Position numbers and translations under genes: made by a program
Notes under the pieces: model-generated
Told to the model about the DNA's origin: nothing
Databases searched by the model: none
The model's input: the letters and a program-made list of their open reading frames with translations, nothing else
Source of the DNA: a bacterium
GTDB lineage: Bacteria > DUMJ01
Reading direction: 5' to 3'
Length of the DNA: 64,000 nucleotides
Assembly (NCBI GenBank): GCA_012839925.1
Contig: DUMJ01000083.1
Location: 3,116-67,115 of the forward strand
Shown: positions 21,050-32,493 of the stretch, one piece after another
How positions within the stretch are numbered: position 1 is the first letter of the stretch
How the letters are laid out: every line of letters begins with the position of its first letter

Positions 21050-22391
21050 TTATGCCAAGGGTTTCAAGTTTTCGTCTCAGTTCAAGCATAGCGGTGTATG
21101 TCGGTATTACATAAACTGTATCATCTCCAGTTTTATCAACCGCCAGGGAAAGGGCATCAAAAACATCCTCTTCTATGATAAGTCTGGAAGTATCAAACCC
21201 CCCATACTTTAACCTCAATCCCATATCATAAGCTCTCCTTCCGGAGACTATTATGTATCTTGAGCTACCCATCAAGAGTTCAAAATTTACATCCCACAGC
21301 CAGGATATATCAGTACCATCCTGTATATTGTCGTTTATAGCAAGAACAACCATTATACCCTTTTTCCCAGAAAGTAGCTGTATTATCTCATTAAATCCAG
21401 CTGGATTTTTAGCCAGGAGTATATAGATGGTCTTATCTTTAAATTTGATCTTTTCACCCCTCCCAAAGGCGGTTTTAACCTCTTCCAGGTATCTGATAGA
21501 GGTCTCAAGAGAAAGTCCAAGTATATTGCAACAGAGAATGGCAGAGAGGACATTATAAACGTTATAGATACCTGGAAGCTGAACATTCACCCTGTAGCTT
21601 AATCCCTTGAAAGAGATATCAAAAGAAGAACTGTCCAACCCTGCATCTATATTGTAAGCCGCTATGTCAGGTTTTACTCTCTTAAAACCACAATTGAGAC
21701 ATTCAAAGTCTCCCTGATGACCTATATAGTGCTTTCTATATACCAGATTGGCATCGCAGAAAGGACAGGACCTTATATCGGCAATTCCAGAAAAATTTTC
21801 CCATCCTGGATATTCCAGCCCAAAGTACAGGACTTTATTTGATAGATTATAAGCAACGCTTGAAACAAGAGGGTCATCCCCGTTCAGTATAAATGTTGTC
21901 TCACTGTTATCCTCAGCGATACTCCTGAAAGATCTTGCCAGGGTATCAACCTCACCATATCTATCCAGCTGGTCACGGAAGAGATTCGTAATAATAATAA
22001 CATCAGGTCTGATTTCATTTGACAGTATCTTCAGATAGGCTTCGTCTATCTCAAATATACCAATACAGTTGTCTAAACTTTCTCGCAAAGAAAATCTATC
22101 AATCAGACTGGTACATATCCCTCTGGGGAGATTTGCACCGGCTCTATTATGCACATAATCTATCCCAAATCTATCCAGTATACCGGATATAATCCTGGCG
22201 GTAGTGGTCTTTCCATTTGTCCCGGTGATAAATATCTTGAACTTTAATCTCTCCCCAAGTTCCTTTAGAAGAGAGGGATGTATGGAAAGAGCCAGCTTCC
22301 CAGGGAAACTGGTCCCTCCAAAATGGAAAAGCCTTGTCGCCTTTATAGCAATCTTACCAGAAAGGATACTGAGATAAAATTCTAGACCCAT
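21027..22391 (-). CDS. murT: Mur ligase family MurT-like protein (lipid II isoglutaminyl synthase subunit)
   Basis: ITGTNGKTTT, N..GAN, EIDEA, NLFRDQLDRYGE, Zn-finger CxxC..CxxC, KNPAG, DG.DISWLWD, TYTAML. Confidence 0.88.
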   Translation of the reverse strand: MGLEFYLSILSGKIAIKATRLFHFGGTSFPGKLALSIHPSLLKELGERLKFKIFITGTNGKTTTARIISGILDRFGIDYVHNRAGANLPRGICTSLIDRFSLRESLDNCIGIFEIDEAYLKILSNEIRPDVIIITNLFRDQLDRYGEVDTLARSFRSIAEDNSETTFILNGDDPLVSSVAYNLSNKVLYFGLEYPGWENFSGIADIRSCPFCDANLVYRKHYIGHQGDFECLNCGFKRVKPDIAAYNIDAGLDSSSFDISFKGLSYRVNVQLPGIYNVYNVLSAILCCNILGLSLETSIRYLEEVKTAFGRGEKIKFKDKTIYILLAKNPAGFNEIIQLLSGKKGIMVVLAINDNIQDGTDISWLWDVNFELLMGSSRYIIVSGRRAYDMGLRLKYGGFDTSRLIIEEDVFDALSLAVDKTGDDTVYVIPTYTAMLELRRKLETLGITKGFWKD

Positions 22392-23383
22392 TATCTTCTA
22401 CCAAGGGTCTTATATAACTTGTCCTCCTCTTTACATACAGGATGGCTCAATCTCAACTTCCAGAGCATATTGAAAGATGGAAGCCCCATAACCTGCTCTA
22501 ATCCCCACTCTTTTGCGAAACGTCCATCCTTTATTTCCTCAATGGCTTCTTTCATAATCTTCTTTGTTTCCTCTGTGATATACTTCTTCCCCCAGGTCAT
22601 ATGCCCGTACTGACTGGTTCTTGAGTGAAGCTTTAGCTGATTCCAGAGCCCTAACTGGGCTATAGAATGACCTATCTCTCCCAGTTCACCTGATGCGTAT
22701 AACTCAAGTATAGCTACCTCTGGACTAACTCCTTCCTCTACCAGGACTTCATAGCAAGTCTGGAGCAGATAGAGCATAGCTCCTGCCCAGGAATGTTCGC
22801 TGAACAGGTCAACCAGTGTCTCCTCATAAAAGCTGGATTCCACCGCACATCCACCAGGGAGAAAAGCCCCGATCCCTTTTGATAAAGCCAGCGCATAATC
22901 CCATCCATTCCCCGATGCATCCTGTTCCACACCAACCATTACTGGATATCCATTACCCTGAGTAAACAGGTCTCTCACACCTTTTCCTATCATCCTGGGG
23001 GCTACCAGAATCACATCAACTCCCTCTGGTGGCTTTATAAAGCCATACGTTATATTATAGCCACTTGCAAAATCTATCACCTTTCCCTTAGATAGATATG
23101 GCAGGATATCCTTATCAAAAACCTCAGGGGCAACCTCATCAGGTATAAGAATCATAATAATATCTGATTCTCTGGACACTTCATCTATCCCTTTAACGGT
23201 AAATCCGTCGGAAATCGCTATATCCCAGGCGTAATCTTTTATATTTCCCACCAGGACATTCAACCTGCTGTCTCTAAGGTTCAAAGCCTGAGCTCTGCCC
23301 TGATTCCCATAACCTATAACTCCTATCACCTTGTCTTTAAGGATATCCAGACTGGCATCCTCATCTAAAAAAATCTTTGCCAT
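22391..23383 (-). CDS. ilvC: Ketol-acid reductoisomerase, atypical (IlvC2-like) subfamily
   Basis: GYGNQG.AQA.NLRDS, LIPDE, ASGYN, VAPRM, DLFSE, HSRTSQYG. Cofactor loop is GNIKDYAW rather than GLR..S.S. Confidence 0.8.
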   Translation of the reverse strand: MAKIFLDEDASLDILKDKVIGVIGYGNQGRAQALNLRDSRLNVLVGNIKDYAWDIAISDGFTVKGIDEVSRESDIIMILIPDEVAPEVFDKDILPYLSKGKVIDFASGYNITYGFIKPPEGVDVILVAPRMIGKGVRDLFTQGNGYPVMVGVEQDASGNGWDYALALSKGIGAFLPGGCAVESSFYEETLVDLFSEHSWAGAMLYLLQTCYEVLVEEGVSPEVAILELYASGELGEIGHSIAQLGLWNQLKLHSRTSQYGHMTWGKKYITEETKKIMKEAIEEIKDGRFAKEWGLEQVMGLPSFNMLWKLRLSHPVCKEEDKLYKTLGRR

Positions 23384-23411
23384 AGCATATCACCTCCATA
23401 GAGTCTACTCT

Positions 23412-24383
23412 TTAAACTTCTTCCACTTTTACAGGCTTTCCGGACACAAATGACTCCCACGCTGATATTGTAACCGCCAATGTCCTTGCTCCATCCCTAT
23501 AGGTAGATAGTATCATCGATGGGTCATTCTCTTTCACTGCATTTAAGAAAGCCTCATCCTCATCAAAATATGGATTATTATCTGATCTCTCCTCCGTCCT
23601 CTTCTTACGCTCGTTTATCACCAGCTTATTACTGAGAATCTCCACCACCAGATCCCTCTCGTAGATATGAAGTCCTACAGTATAACCAAAGTTCAGTATA
23701 CAGGTATTGGATATGTTGCCTATAACTCCATTTTTAAACTTCAGATTTACCGTCCCTACATCAGGAACATCCATATTCTCCACATCAAAGATGATTCTTC
23801 TGGCAAAGAGGGCATAGACCTCATCTATATCACCAATAATAAATCTGGCAAGGTCAATTATGTGGGTTGTTTGCTCTATAAATTGTCCTCCAGATTGCTC
23901 TCTTATCCTCCACCAATGGACCATAGGCAAACCACCCATCCAGTAACCTAAAACCATCCCAATCTTATCTGGAGATACAAGCTCTTTAGCTTTTTTTACA
24001 ATATCCAGATATCTCCACTGATAACCAGTACTGACTATTAGACCTCTTGATTCTATTAATGATGCTATCTCTTTTACAGTGGATAGGTCCAGACCTATTG
24101 GCTTTTCTACAAAGAAAGGGATACCCCTCTCTATAAGTTTCTTTTCAGATTCTCCATGGGCAAATGGTGGGATACAGATATATGCACAATCTAATTTCTC
24201 ACTATCTAACATTTTGTCCAGGCTATCATACGGAGTAAAGCCAAACCTCTCTGAAGATACGGATATAGCTTCAGTAGATGGATCATATCCACAGACAATC
24301 TTTACATCAGACATCTGACTAAGCTGAGCCATATGGGTCCGAGCTATATTACCAGTGCCTATAAAACCAACTCTTAAAGACAT
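23412..24383 (-). CDS. Gfo/Idh/MocA family oxidoreductase
   Basis: GFIGTG.IA, ICIPP..H, FVEKP, SGG..IEQ.TH..D. Confidence 0.92.
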   Translation of the reverse strand: MSLRVGFIGTGNIARTHMAQLSQMSDVKIVCGYDPSTEAISVSSERFGFTPYDSLDKMLDSEKLDCAYICIPPFAHGESEKKLIERGIPFFVEKPIGLDLSTVKEIASLIESRGLIVSTGYQWRYLDIVKKAKELVSPDKIGMVLGYWMGGLPMVHWWRIREQSGGQFIEQTTHIIDLARFIIGDIDEVYALFARRIIFDVENMDVPDVGTVNLKFKNGVIGNISNTCILNFGYTVGLHIYERDLVVEILSNKLVINERKKRTEERSDNNPYFDEDEAFLNAVKENDPSMILSTYRDGARTLAVTISAWESFVSGKPVKVEEV

Positions 24384-24392
24384 CTTTTCCTC

Positions 24393-25178
24393 CTACACCA
24401 GGGACCGTAAGAATTTAACTGCCTCGGGAAGCAGTTTATCAGGGTCTCCAGGTATTCCACACTCCAGAGCCATATAATCTTTGTACCCCTTTTCTTTCAG
24501 CACCTTAAAGGGAGCGGAGAAATCGGTGTGTCCCATACCGGGGAGAAGTCTATTGCTATCGGCAAGATGTATATGTGCTATCAGATCCATATTCTCAGAT
24601 ATTGCTCTGGATATATCTGACTCCTCTATGCTCATATGGAAAAAGTCAGCCATAAGCCTTACTCCCTTTTTATGTGTATGATTTATAATCTCTTTTCCAA
24701 AATCCAGTGTTTTTACAAAGTGTGTCTCATATCTGTTCAAAGGCTCTACTAACACACATACACCCTTGGAATAGGCATCTTCTCCCAGTTCGTTAAGAAG
24801 TTCAATCAGAAGCTTCTTTTCCAGATCTATCACATTCATAAAGGGAGTCAAGTCTGGCAACCTGGGTGGACCAAATACAGGTACAACTATAAGTCCTACC
24901 GCCCCAAGCTCCATTGAAAGGGATAATAACTCCTTTATATCCCTTACCGCCCTATCTCTCTCATCTTTATTTGGGTCAAGTAAACAGCCACTATAACCAG
25001 AGCATATAGTGCTTATCCTGATCTGTCTTCCTTTAAAAGCAGATTTTACCTCGTCCAGTCTATCCCTTAAATTATTTCCCCATAACTCTACCCCATCAAA
25101 ACCAAAAGATTCTAACTTTTCAACCTTCCCTCTTAGAGAATCTCCATTCACCAGGTTCTCCTGGCATGATAATTTCAT
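24393..25178 (-). CDS. Sugar phosphate isomerase/epimerase (TIM barrel)
   Basis: FDGVELWG, EPLNRYE, DFFHMSIEE, HIHLADSNR..PG.G, MALEC. Start moved to ATG 25178 (GGAGG SD). Confidence 0.88.
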   Translation of the reverse strand: MKLSCQENLVNGDSLRGKVEKLESFGFDGVELWGNNLRDRLDEVKSAFKGRQIRISTICSGYSGCLLDPNKDERDRAVRDIKELLSLSMELGAVGLIVVPVFGPPRLPDLTPFMNVIDLEKKLLIELLNELGEDAYSKGVCVLVEPLNRYETHFVKTLDFGKEIINHTHKKGVRLMADFFHMSIEESDISRAISENMDLIAHIHLADSNRLLPGMGHTDFSAPFKVLKEKGYKDYMALECGIPGDPDKLLPEAVKFLRSLV

Positions 25179-25224
25179 ATTTTTTACACCTCCTCCGAAG
25201 ACAATCATAATTGAAACCTCTTTC

Positions 25225-25291
25225 ATTTTATACTTTTCTTCCCAAGCTTACAAGCAATTGTTATCTTTTTGTGATATTGTCACAGGTAAAT
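25225..25291 (-). promoter_or_regulatory. Promoter with upstream conserved 33-bp element (copy 1)
   Basis: ATTTACCTGTGACAATATCACAAAAAGATAACA (25291-25259), 5 nt, TTGTAA, 17 bp, TAAAAT. Confidence 0.7.
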
Positions 25292-25387
25292 GGCTTTGAG
25301 ATAATGTTACAAGGAATTAGAAGAGTCAGTTCACAATTGAGAAAGTCTTTATTTATCAAGAATCTGCTTATCGATAGATCTATATTT

Positions 25388-26746
25388 TCAGTTTCTATAG
25401 CTACTGATCGGAGGAGGAATTCTCCCCCCTCTCTCAAAGAGAGCCTTACAGGAAAATCTATTGACATCCATAATTGGAGCCCTGCCAAGGAGACCTCCGA
25501 GTTCCAACCATTCCCCTGCCCTTTTACCAGGGACCGGGATGATGCGGACTGCAGTGGTCTTATTCGACATAACACCTATCGCCATCTCGTCAAGTATTAT
25601 TCCCATTAATGTATATGGAGAAACATCTCCCGGTATCGGTATCATATCAAGTCCAACAGAGCATACATTGGTAAGGGATTCCAGTTTTTCCAGATTAATG
25701 GCACCTGAACTGACAGCCTCTGCTATCCCCTTATCTTCACTTACCGGGATAAAACTTCCACTTAAACCACCAACGAGAGAGGAAGCCATTAATCCACCCT
25801 TTTTTAGGGCATCATTGAGTAGGAATAATAATCCGGTAGTTCCAGGAGCACCAAAGCGTTCCACGCCTATTCGCTCAATAATTCTGGCTATGCTGTCGCC
25901 TTCTTCTGGAGTTGGAGCAAGGGATGTATCTACACTTACCAGTTCTATCCCCATTCTATTTGCTATCTCCTTACCTATAAATTCTCCAGCCCTTGTTATC
26001 TTAAAGGAGATTCTCTTTATCTCCTCCACCACCGAAAGTATATCAGAATTCTCAGGTAATTTCTCCAGAGCAGACCTTATTGCTCCAGGTCCGCTTATAC
26101 CAACATTCAATACCCTGTTTCCTCTCTTTATACCATGAAATGCTCCAGCCATAAAAGGATTATCAGGGGGAGGATTACAGATAACTATAAGCTTTGCGCA
26201 TACACTTGGATTATTCTTCAGTCTAGCTGTCTCCAATATTATCGGAACTACCTCTCTTATCGCATCCAGGTTTATACCCGCCTTAGTTGTGGCTGGAACG
26301 ATAGAGGAACATAAACGTTCTGTTTCATTCAAAACTGCAGGGATAGATTTCAATAGAGCTCTATCTGACTGAGAGACTTCATATTCCAGAAAACAGGTGT
26401 AACCACCGATAAAATCCAAACCTATATCCTTTGCTACACCGTCCAGTTTTTCTGCAAGGTATATATACTCTTCCATATCTGTGCTGAATAATAATAATGA
26501 AACAGGAGTTATAGCTACTCTCTTATTAACTATAGGTATCCCATACTCAACCCCAACTTTATTTACAGTATCTAGAAATCCATCAGTAGTTAATTTTAAT
26601 TTTTCAGAGAGAAGTCTCACCGTTTCCTTTACACTATCCCTCCTGCAGTCCAGAAGGTCAATCCCCAGAGTAATTGTCCTTATATCCAGGTGGTCTAACT
26701 GAATCATTCGGACTGTTTCTAAGATTTCCTCGGTAGTGAATATCAT
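25388..26746 (-). CDS. DUF711/UPF0210 family protein
   Basis: ETVRMI...LDIRTITLGI, GIPIVNKR, DNPFMAGAFHG, GGLSG.FIPVSED, CSVGLDM; follows an ACT protein. Confidence 0.92.
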   Translation of the reverse strand: MIFTTEEILETVRMIQLDHLDIRTITLGIDLLDCRRDSVKETVRLLSEKLKLTTDGFLDTVNKVGVEYGIPIVNKRVAITPVSLLLFSTDMEEYIYLAEKLDGVAKDIGLDFIGGYTCFLEYEVSQSDRALLKSIPAVLNETERLCSSIVPATTKAGINLDAIREVVPIILETARLKNNPSVCAKLIVICNPPPDNPFMAGAFHGIKRGNRVLNVGISGPGAIRSALEKLPENSDILSVVEEIKRISFKITRAGEFIGKEIANRMGIELVSVDTSLAPTPEEGDSIARIIERIGVERFGAPGTTGLLFLLNDALKKGGLMASSLVGGLSGSFIPVSEDKGIAEAVSSGAINLEKLESLTNVCSVGLDMIPIPGDVSPYTLMGIILDEMAIGVMSNKTTAVRIIPVPGKRAGEWLELGGLLGRAPIMDVNRFSCKALFERGGRIPPPISSYRN

Positions 26747-26749
26747 ATC

Positions 26750-27019
26750 TTATATCCTATGCATCATCCTGAAGATCTCTTCCCTTTCGAAGGAGACCTT
26801 CACCTTAAGGCTATCACCTTCCTCTGAGAGCTTGCTCACCAGAGGAGTTACATCCTCCAGCCCAGAAATATCCACCAGAAGAGCCATAACAAAGATATCT
26901 CCCATAATTGTTTGTGTTATATCCAGTATATTAACATTAAAATCAGCCAGTACCGAACTTATACCAGCAACTATTCCAGTATGGTCAACCCCTGTTACAG
27001 TAATAATAGCTCTCTTCAA
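26750..27019 (-). CDS. ACT domain protein (UPF0237)
   Basis: AIITVTG.D..GIVA, NILDITQT, EIFR.MHRI. Confidence 0.9.
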   Translation of the reverse strand: MKRAIITVTGVDHTGIVAGISSVLADFNVNILDITQTIMGDIFVMALLVDISGLEDVTPLVSKLSEEGDSLKVKVSFEREEIFRMMHRI

Positions 27020-28233
27020 CTATTCTCTCCCAAACCAAAACCATCATGTAATACCTTAATCGCTCTCTCCACATCCTCCTCATTTATTATACATCCAATT
27101 TTTATCTCTGAGGTGGATATCATATCTATATTTATACCCGCTTCTCCCAAAAGTCCAAACATCTTAGCGGCTATTCCAGGGGTGCTCTGTATACCAACCC
27201 CAACTATAGAGACCTTACCTACGGCTGGATTGCATAAGACCTCTTTTATATCCAGCTCCTCCTTTACCTTCTCCAGTATCTGTAGAGCCTTGTCTGTATC
27301 ATCTATAGGAATGGTAAAAGAGATATCAGTGTAACCAAACTCACTCACATTCTGTATTATGTCGTCAACGTTTATACCAGCATCCCCCAGGGGCTTAAAT
27401 ATCCTATGCGCTACACCAGGTCTATCCAAAACACGCTTTAATGTAATCTTTGCTATATCTTTTTTATGAGCTATTCCTCTAACTCTGCTTACCGGTTCCA
27501 TCTCGCTTACCTCCTGTATAATAGTACCTGGACAATCTTCAAAAGAAGACTTTACCTCTATCTTCATCTTGTATATCCAGCCAAGTTCTACCGCTCTGGT
27601 ATGCATAACCCTGGCACCCTGACTGGCAAGCTCAAGCATCTCATCATAAGAAATTACATCAAGTTTTCTGGCATTTTTTACCAGTCTAGGGTCAGCTGTA
27701 TAGACACCCTTTACATCGGTAAAGATCTCTATTTTCTCCACTCCAAGAGCTATACCAAGAGCTACTGCAGTCGTATCAGAACCACCTCTACCAAGCGTTG
27801 TTATATCATTCTGGTCACATATCCCCTGGAATCCAGCCACCACAATAACCTTACCCTTCTTCAGTTCTTCCTTTATTCTGGTAGCATCTACAGATTTTAT
27901 CCTGGCTCTACCGGCATTTTCATCTGTATATATCCCTGCCTGCCAACCGGTAAGAGATATAGCAGGAATACCAAAGTCTTCAAGAGCCATAGCCATCAAT
28001 GCTCCAGAGATCTGTTCTCCCGTAGACATAAGGGCGTCTAACTCTCTTCTAGAAGGAGAAGAAGAGATGCTCTTTGCAAGTTCTATCAACTCATCAGTAG
28101 TATCACCCATAGCTGATACCACTATCACAAGGTCATTTCCCTCTCTTTTTAATCTTGCCAGTTTACCTGCTACATTCTTTATCCTCTCAGGCGTTCCAAC
28201 TGAGGTACCACCATACTTATGCACAAGAAGCAT
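27016..28233 (-). CDS. lysC: Aspartate kinase
   Basis: HKYGGTSV, VVSAMG.TTD, TTLGRGGSDTTA, two ACT domains, ISTSEIK. Confidence 0.97.
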   Translation of the reverse strand: MLLVHKYGGTSVGTPERIKNVAGKLARLKREGNDLVIVVSAMGDTTDELIELAKSISSSPSRRELDALMSTGEQISGALMAMALEDFGIPAISLTGWQAGIYTDENAGRARIKSVDATRIKEELKKGKVIVVAGFQGICDQNDITTLGRGGSDTTAVALGIALGVEKIEIFTDVKGVYTADPRLVKNARKLDVISYDEMLELASQGARVMHTRAVELGWIYKMKIEVKSSFEDCPGTIIQEVSEMEPVSRVRGIAHKKDIAKITLKRVLDRPGVAHRIFKPLGDAGINVDDIIQNVSEFGYTDISFTIPIDDTDKALQILEKVKEELDIKEVLCNPAVGKVSIVGVGIQSTPGIAAKMFGLLGEAGINIDMISTSEIKIGCIINEEDVERAIKVLHDGFGLGENS

Positions 28234-28235
28234 GT

Positions 28236-29252
28236 CTAAACCTCCTCGATCAAGCCCAGTTTCACCAGAGATTCCGCTATCTGAACCGCATTAAGTGCTG
28301 CTCCCTTTCTTATATTATCAGAAACGACCCACATAACTATCCCATTCTCCACTGATTCATCTTTTCTTATTCTACCGACAAAGACTTCATCCCTACCCTC
28401 AGCCATTATTGGCATTGGATACAGTCTCTCTTCAGGATTATCCACTACCACTACCCCTGGGGATTTACTCAGAATCTCCCTGACCTCTTCGGGAGTTATC
28501 GGTAGTTCGGTCTCTATATTTACGCTTTCAGAATGTGCTCTGAATACAGGAACTCTAACCGTGGTAGCACACACCTTAATTGATTGGTCATCAAGGATTT
28601 TCCTTGTTTCATTAAGCATCTTCATCTCTTCTTTAGAAAATCCATCTGGATAGAATATATCTATATGCGGTAAGAGGTTAAATGCTATCTGATAAGGGTA
28701 TACCTTGGGGGTTATCTGCTTCCCCTCAATTATACTCCTGGTCTCCTCCCAGAGCTCATCCACCGCTTCTCTGCCGGTACCTGATACAGACTGGTAAGTA
28801 GAAACCACTATCCTCTTTATCTTAAACCTCCTGTGTAGCGGAGCTAACGCTACTACCATCTGTATGGTAGAGCAGTTAGGATTTGCAATAATCCCCTTAT
28901 GCTCTCTTATCTTCTCTTCGTTCACCTCTGGGACAACAAGAGGGACATCCGGTTCCATTCTAAACGCATTACTATTATCTATTGCCACCGCCCCAGCCTT
29001 TACCGCATACGGGGCAAGTTCTTTACTTCCCTTCTCTCCAGCAGAAAAAAGTGCAATCTGAATCCCTTCAAAACTATCTGGGGTAGCTTCTTCCACAACT
29101 ATATCCTGCCCTTTAAACTGAATAATAGCACCCTGAGATCTACTCGTAGCCAAAAGTCTGAGTGATTTAACAGGAAAATTCCTGGTTTCAAGTATTGAGA
29201 CCATCTCTCTACCCACGAGCCCAGTGGCCCCAACTACTGCCACATTATACAT
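28236..29252 (-). CDS. asd: Aspartate-semialdehyde dehydrogenase
   Basis: GATGLVG, PEVN, NPNCSTIQ, YQSVSGTG, DNIRKGAA.NA. Confidence 0.97.
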   Translation of the reverse strand: MYNVAVVGATGLVGREMVSILETRNFPVKSLRLLATSRSQGAIIQFKGQDIVVEEATPDSFEGIQIALFSAGEKGSKELAPYAVKAGAVAIDNSNAFRMEPDVPLVVPEVNEEKIREHKGIIANPNCSTIQMVVALAPLHRRFKIKRIVVSTYQSVSGTGREAVDELWEETRSIIEGKQITPKVYPYQIAFNLLPHIDIFYPDGFSKEEMKMLNETRKILDDQSIKVCATTVRVPVFRAHSESVNIETELPITPEEVREILSKSPGVVVVDNPEERLYPMPIMAEGRDEVFVGRIRKDESVENGIVMWVVSDNIRKGAALNAVQIAESLVKLGLIEEV

Positions 29253-30155
29253 CTAGTTCACCTCCAATACTGCACCTTCATAATCTATATCAAGATTAAG
29301 AATCTTAGCTATAATATTATTTTTAGTAAGCACAAAACCTACCGATTCAACTAACTCTTCAACCCTTTCTCTCTCTGTAAGAATGACCATAGATGGACCA
29401 GATCCGCTTATCATAACACCTAAAGCCCCCATAGAGAGCAATTCTTTTTTTATTCCATTATAATTTGGTATAAAACGAGCCCTGTACGGCTCATGGAGCT
29501 CATCTTCAAGGATAACAGGTAAATCCTTCAAGTTATCAGTTATTAAGGATACCAAAAACATACCTATCCTTGCAAGTCCTTTCACCGTAACATCAAGCGG
29601 GACATAATCGGGTAATATCTTTCTGGAAGGTTCAGTAGGCACATCAAAATATGGGACAGCTACTATGATAGATAAATCATCGGGTAAAGGGACCTTTTTC
29701 ACCATAACCTTTCCATCAGATACTAGAGAGATAGTACATCCACCAAAAAATGCTGGACTCACATTATCAGGATGTCCTTCCAATTTTACTGCATATTTCA
29801 GCAGTTCTTCCTTTGAAAGTCCCTTATCGAGGAGACTATTTGCAATCATCAATCCGGCTACTATAGCAGATGCGCTACTTCCGAGACCTTTACTTATAGG
29901 GATATTAATAGATATCTTTATACTTAACGACGGCGGAGTAAGATTGTATAACTTATAAAAGAAATCCAGTGCCTTTAGAAATATATTATTCTCTCTGTTA
30001 TAAAGACATTCCATCCCTTCACCATTAATCTCTAAAAAATCTGGTTCTGAATCACTCACTTCGAAGGTATTATAAAGTTTTAACGCTAATCCCAGGGTAT
30101 CAAAACCAACGCCTAAATTAGCTGTAGTAGCAGGAACCCTGGCTACTAATCTCAT
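29253..30155 (-). CDS. thrB: Homoserine kinase
   Basis: [34 protein letters not shown]. Confidence 0.96.
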   Translation of the reverse strand: MRLVARVPATTANLGVGFDTLGLALKLYNTFEVSDSEPDFLEINGEGMECLYNRENNIFLKALDFFYKLYNLTPPSLSIKISINIPISKGLGSSASAIVAGLMIANSLLDKGLSKEELLKYAVKLEGHPDNVSPAFFGGCTISLVSDGKVMVKKVPLPDDLSIIVAVPYFDVPTEPSRKILPDYVPLDVTVKGLARIGMFLVSLITDNLKDLPVILEDELHEPYRARFIPNYNGIKKELLSMGALGVMISGSGPSMVILTERERVEELVESVGFVLTKNNIIAKILNLDIDYEGAVLEVN

Positions 30156-31195
30156 AGATATTGATACAACTCCTCTATACTAGGGGAGATAACTGTGGGA
30201 GAAGGAGCAATCTTCACGGCAGTATCTGGGTCTTTCAAGCCATGTCCAGTAAGAACACAAATAATCACGCTATCTTTCTCCAGTCTTCCTTCTCTGGTAT
30301 ATTTAAGTAATCCGGCAATAGATGCAGCTGAAGCCGGTTCAACAAATACTCCCTCCATACTGGCTACGAACTTATAGGCATAGAGAATCTCATCGTCTGA
30401 GACCATATCTATAATTCCACCAGACTCTTTAGCAGCCTGGACAGCAGAATTCCAGCTAGCAGGATTTCCTATTCTTATAGCAGTAGCTATTGTCTCTGGA
30501 TTATCTATAGGATAACCCCTCACTATCGGTGCAGCACCCTCAGATTGAAAACCCATCATCCTCGGTAATTTCTGGCTCTTCCCTATCTGTTTATACTCTT
30601 TGAATCCCTTCCAGTAGGCGGTGATATTTCCAGCATTGCCAACTGGTATAAAGAGATAATCAGGAGCATCTCCCAGAGCATCGCAGACCTCAAAAGAAGC
30701 TGTCTTCTGTCCCTCAATTCTATAAGGATTTATCGAGTTAACTATGGTAACCGGATAGTTTCTTCCAGCCTCTCTTACCAGGTTGAGGGCAGTATCAAAA
30801 TTTCCTTTTACCGCTATAACCTGAGCCCCATAAGTAAGAGCCTGGGCAAGTTTTCCCAGGGCTATAGCACCTTCGGGTATAAGGACTACAGACTTCAGGC
30901 CGGCTATAGCAGAGTAGGCAGAAGCAGATGCGCTTGTATTTCCAGTAGAGGCACATATAACTGCCCTGGCACCCTCCTCTACAGCCTTAGCTATAGCTAC
31001 CACCATCCCTCTATCTTTAAATGAACCGGTAGGGTTCATACCCTCATACTTCAGATAAACCTTAAGTCCCAGTTCCTCAGAGATATTTCTAGCATAAATA
31101 AGAGGGGTATTGCCTTCATAGAGCGTTATCAGTGGAGTTTTATCAGTTACTGGAAGATAGTCTTTGTATTCCCTAAGAACCCCATTCCATCTCAT
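30152..31195 (-). CDS. thrC: Threonine synthase
   Basis: [38 protein letters not shown]. Confidence 0.97.
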   Translation of the reverse strand: MRWNGVLREYKDYLPVTDKTPLITLYEGNTPLIYARNISEELGLKVYLKYEGMNPTGSFKDRGMVVAIAKAVEEGARAVICASTGNTSASASAYSAIAGLKSVVLIPEGAIALGKLAQALTYGAQVIAVKGNFDTALNLVREAGRNYPVTIVNSINPYRIEGQKTASFEVCDALGDAPDYLFIPVGNAGNITAYWKGFKEYKQIGKSQKLPRMMGFQSEGAAPIVRGYPIDNPETIATAIRIGNPASWNSAVQAAKESGGIIDMVSDDEILYAYKFVASMEGVFVEPASAASIAGLLKYTREGRLEKDSVIICVLTGHGLKDPDTAVKIAPSPTVISPSIEELYQYL

Positions 31196-32493
31196 TCTTC
31201 TACAACTCCTTCTATCCTCAGGGTGGATTCAACCTTATTCACAACATCAAGCCTATCCATCTGAGATATAGCCTGACGGAATGGACCTTCCTGAGCGGTA
31301 TGAGTGATGATAACAAGCTCAGCCTGCCCTTTTGTATCCGGAACCTCCTTCTGAACAACACTCGCTATACTTATACCCAGATTTCCAAATACCATAGCTA
31401 TACCCGCCAGGACCCCTGGCCTATCAGGAACATTCAATCTTATATAGTACCTTGTCTCAAGTTTCTCTATGGGTCTTATCGGAATATTGTCCAGCGCTGG
31501 TACTTCGAGCTGTCCACCTGAGCCGTCCCGCAGAGACCTCACCAGGTCACAGAGATCAGAAACCACTGCACTGGCAGTGGGCAAACTTCCTGCCCCTCTA
31601 CCATAAAACATCATCGGTCCTACTGCGTCACCAACTATATATATACCATTATAAACACCCCTCACCGCTGCCAGCATAGACGTCCTGGGGATCATAGTGG
31701 GATGAACCCTTAATTCTAAACCATCATTATGTTTCCTGGCTATGGCAAGAGATTTTATCTCATAACCAAGTTCATGGGCATACTCTATATCTCTGATACT
31801 TACAGTATCTATACCCTCTACATAGATATCGTCAGGAGAGACAGAGGTATTAAAGGCGATGGAGGATAGAATGGTTATCTTATAGGCTGCATCTACCCCT
31901 TTTACATCATTGTCTGGATTTGGCTCAGCATATCCCAATCTCTGAGCCATACCCAGAGCTGTTCCAAAGTCCTCTCCATTCTCAGACATTCTCGTTAGGA
32001 TATAATTACTTGTACCATTCAGTATCGCTCTAATTTCCTGGATACTATTGGCTACCAGATCTTCTCTCAAGACTCTTATTATTGGTATCCCAGCTCCAAC
32101 ACTTGCCTCAAAGTAGATCTTCACCCCTTTACTTCTGGCTAATCTAAATAGTTCTAAGCCGTAAGAGGCTATAACATCTTTGTTGGCAGTAACAACATGT
32201 TTCCCTGCATTTATAGCCCTGCTGATAATCTTAAACCCTTCGTCTCTTCCACCTGCTACCTCAACTATTACATCTATATGTGGAGAATTAATAATACTAT
32301 CAATATCCTGAGTAAGTAGAGATGCTGGAACCTTAACCTGCCTCTCCTTCCTTACATCTCTCACCCCTATCTTTTTTATCTCAAGAACATTCCAGGGGAA
32401 GGAGTTTGCCTCTTCCTTCTTTTTTTCTAATACCCTCCAAACTCCACTTCCAACATTACCAAGCCCTATCATCCCAATATTTACACTATTCAT
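31192..32493 (-). CDS. hom: Homoserine dehydrogenase
   Basis: [31 protein letters not shown]-terminal ACT (DRPGVLA). Confidence 0.96.
   Translation of the reverse strand: MNSVNIGMIGLGNVGSGVWRVLEKKKEEANSFPWNVLEIKKIGVRDVRKERQVKVPASLLTQDIDSIINSPHIDVIVEVAGGRDEGFKIISRAINAGKHVVTANKDVIASYGLELFRLARSKGVKIYFEASVGAGIPIIRVLREDLVANSIQEIRAILNGTSNYILTRMSENGEDFGTALGMAQRLGYAEPNPDNDVKGVDAAYKITILSSIAFNTSVSPDDIYVEGIDTVSIRDIEYAHELGYEIKSLAIARKHNDGLELRVHPTMIPRTSMLAAVRGVYNGIYIVGDAVGPMMFYGRGAGSLPTASAVVSDLCDLVRSLRDGSGGQLEVPALDNIPIRPIEKLETRYYIRLNVPDRPGVLAGIAMVFGNLGISIASVVQKEVPDTKGQAELVIITHTAQEGPFRQAISQMDRLDVVNKVESTLRIEGVVEE

Noticed and set aside
25270-25284. CRP/Rex box TGTGA...TCACA
   Set aside because: The spacer is 5 nt rather than 6, and it is better explained as part of the longer 33-bp element.
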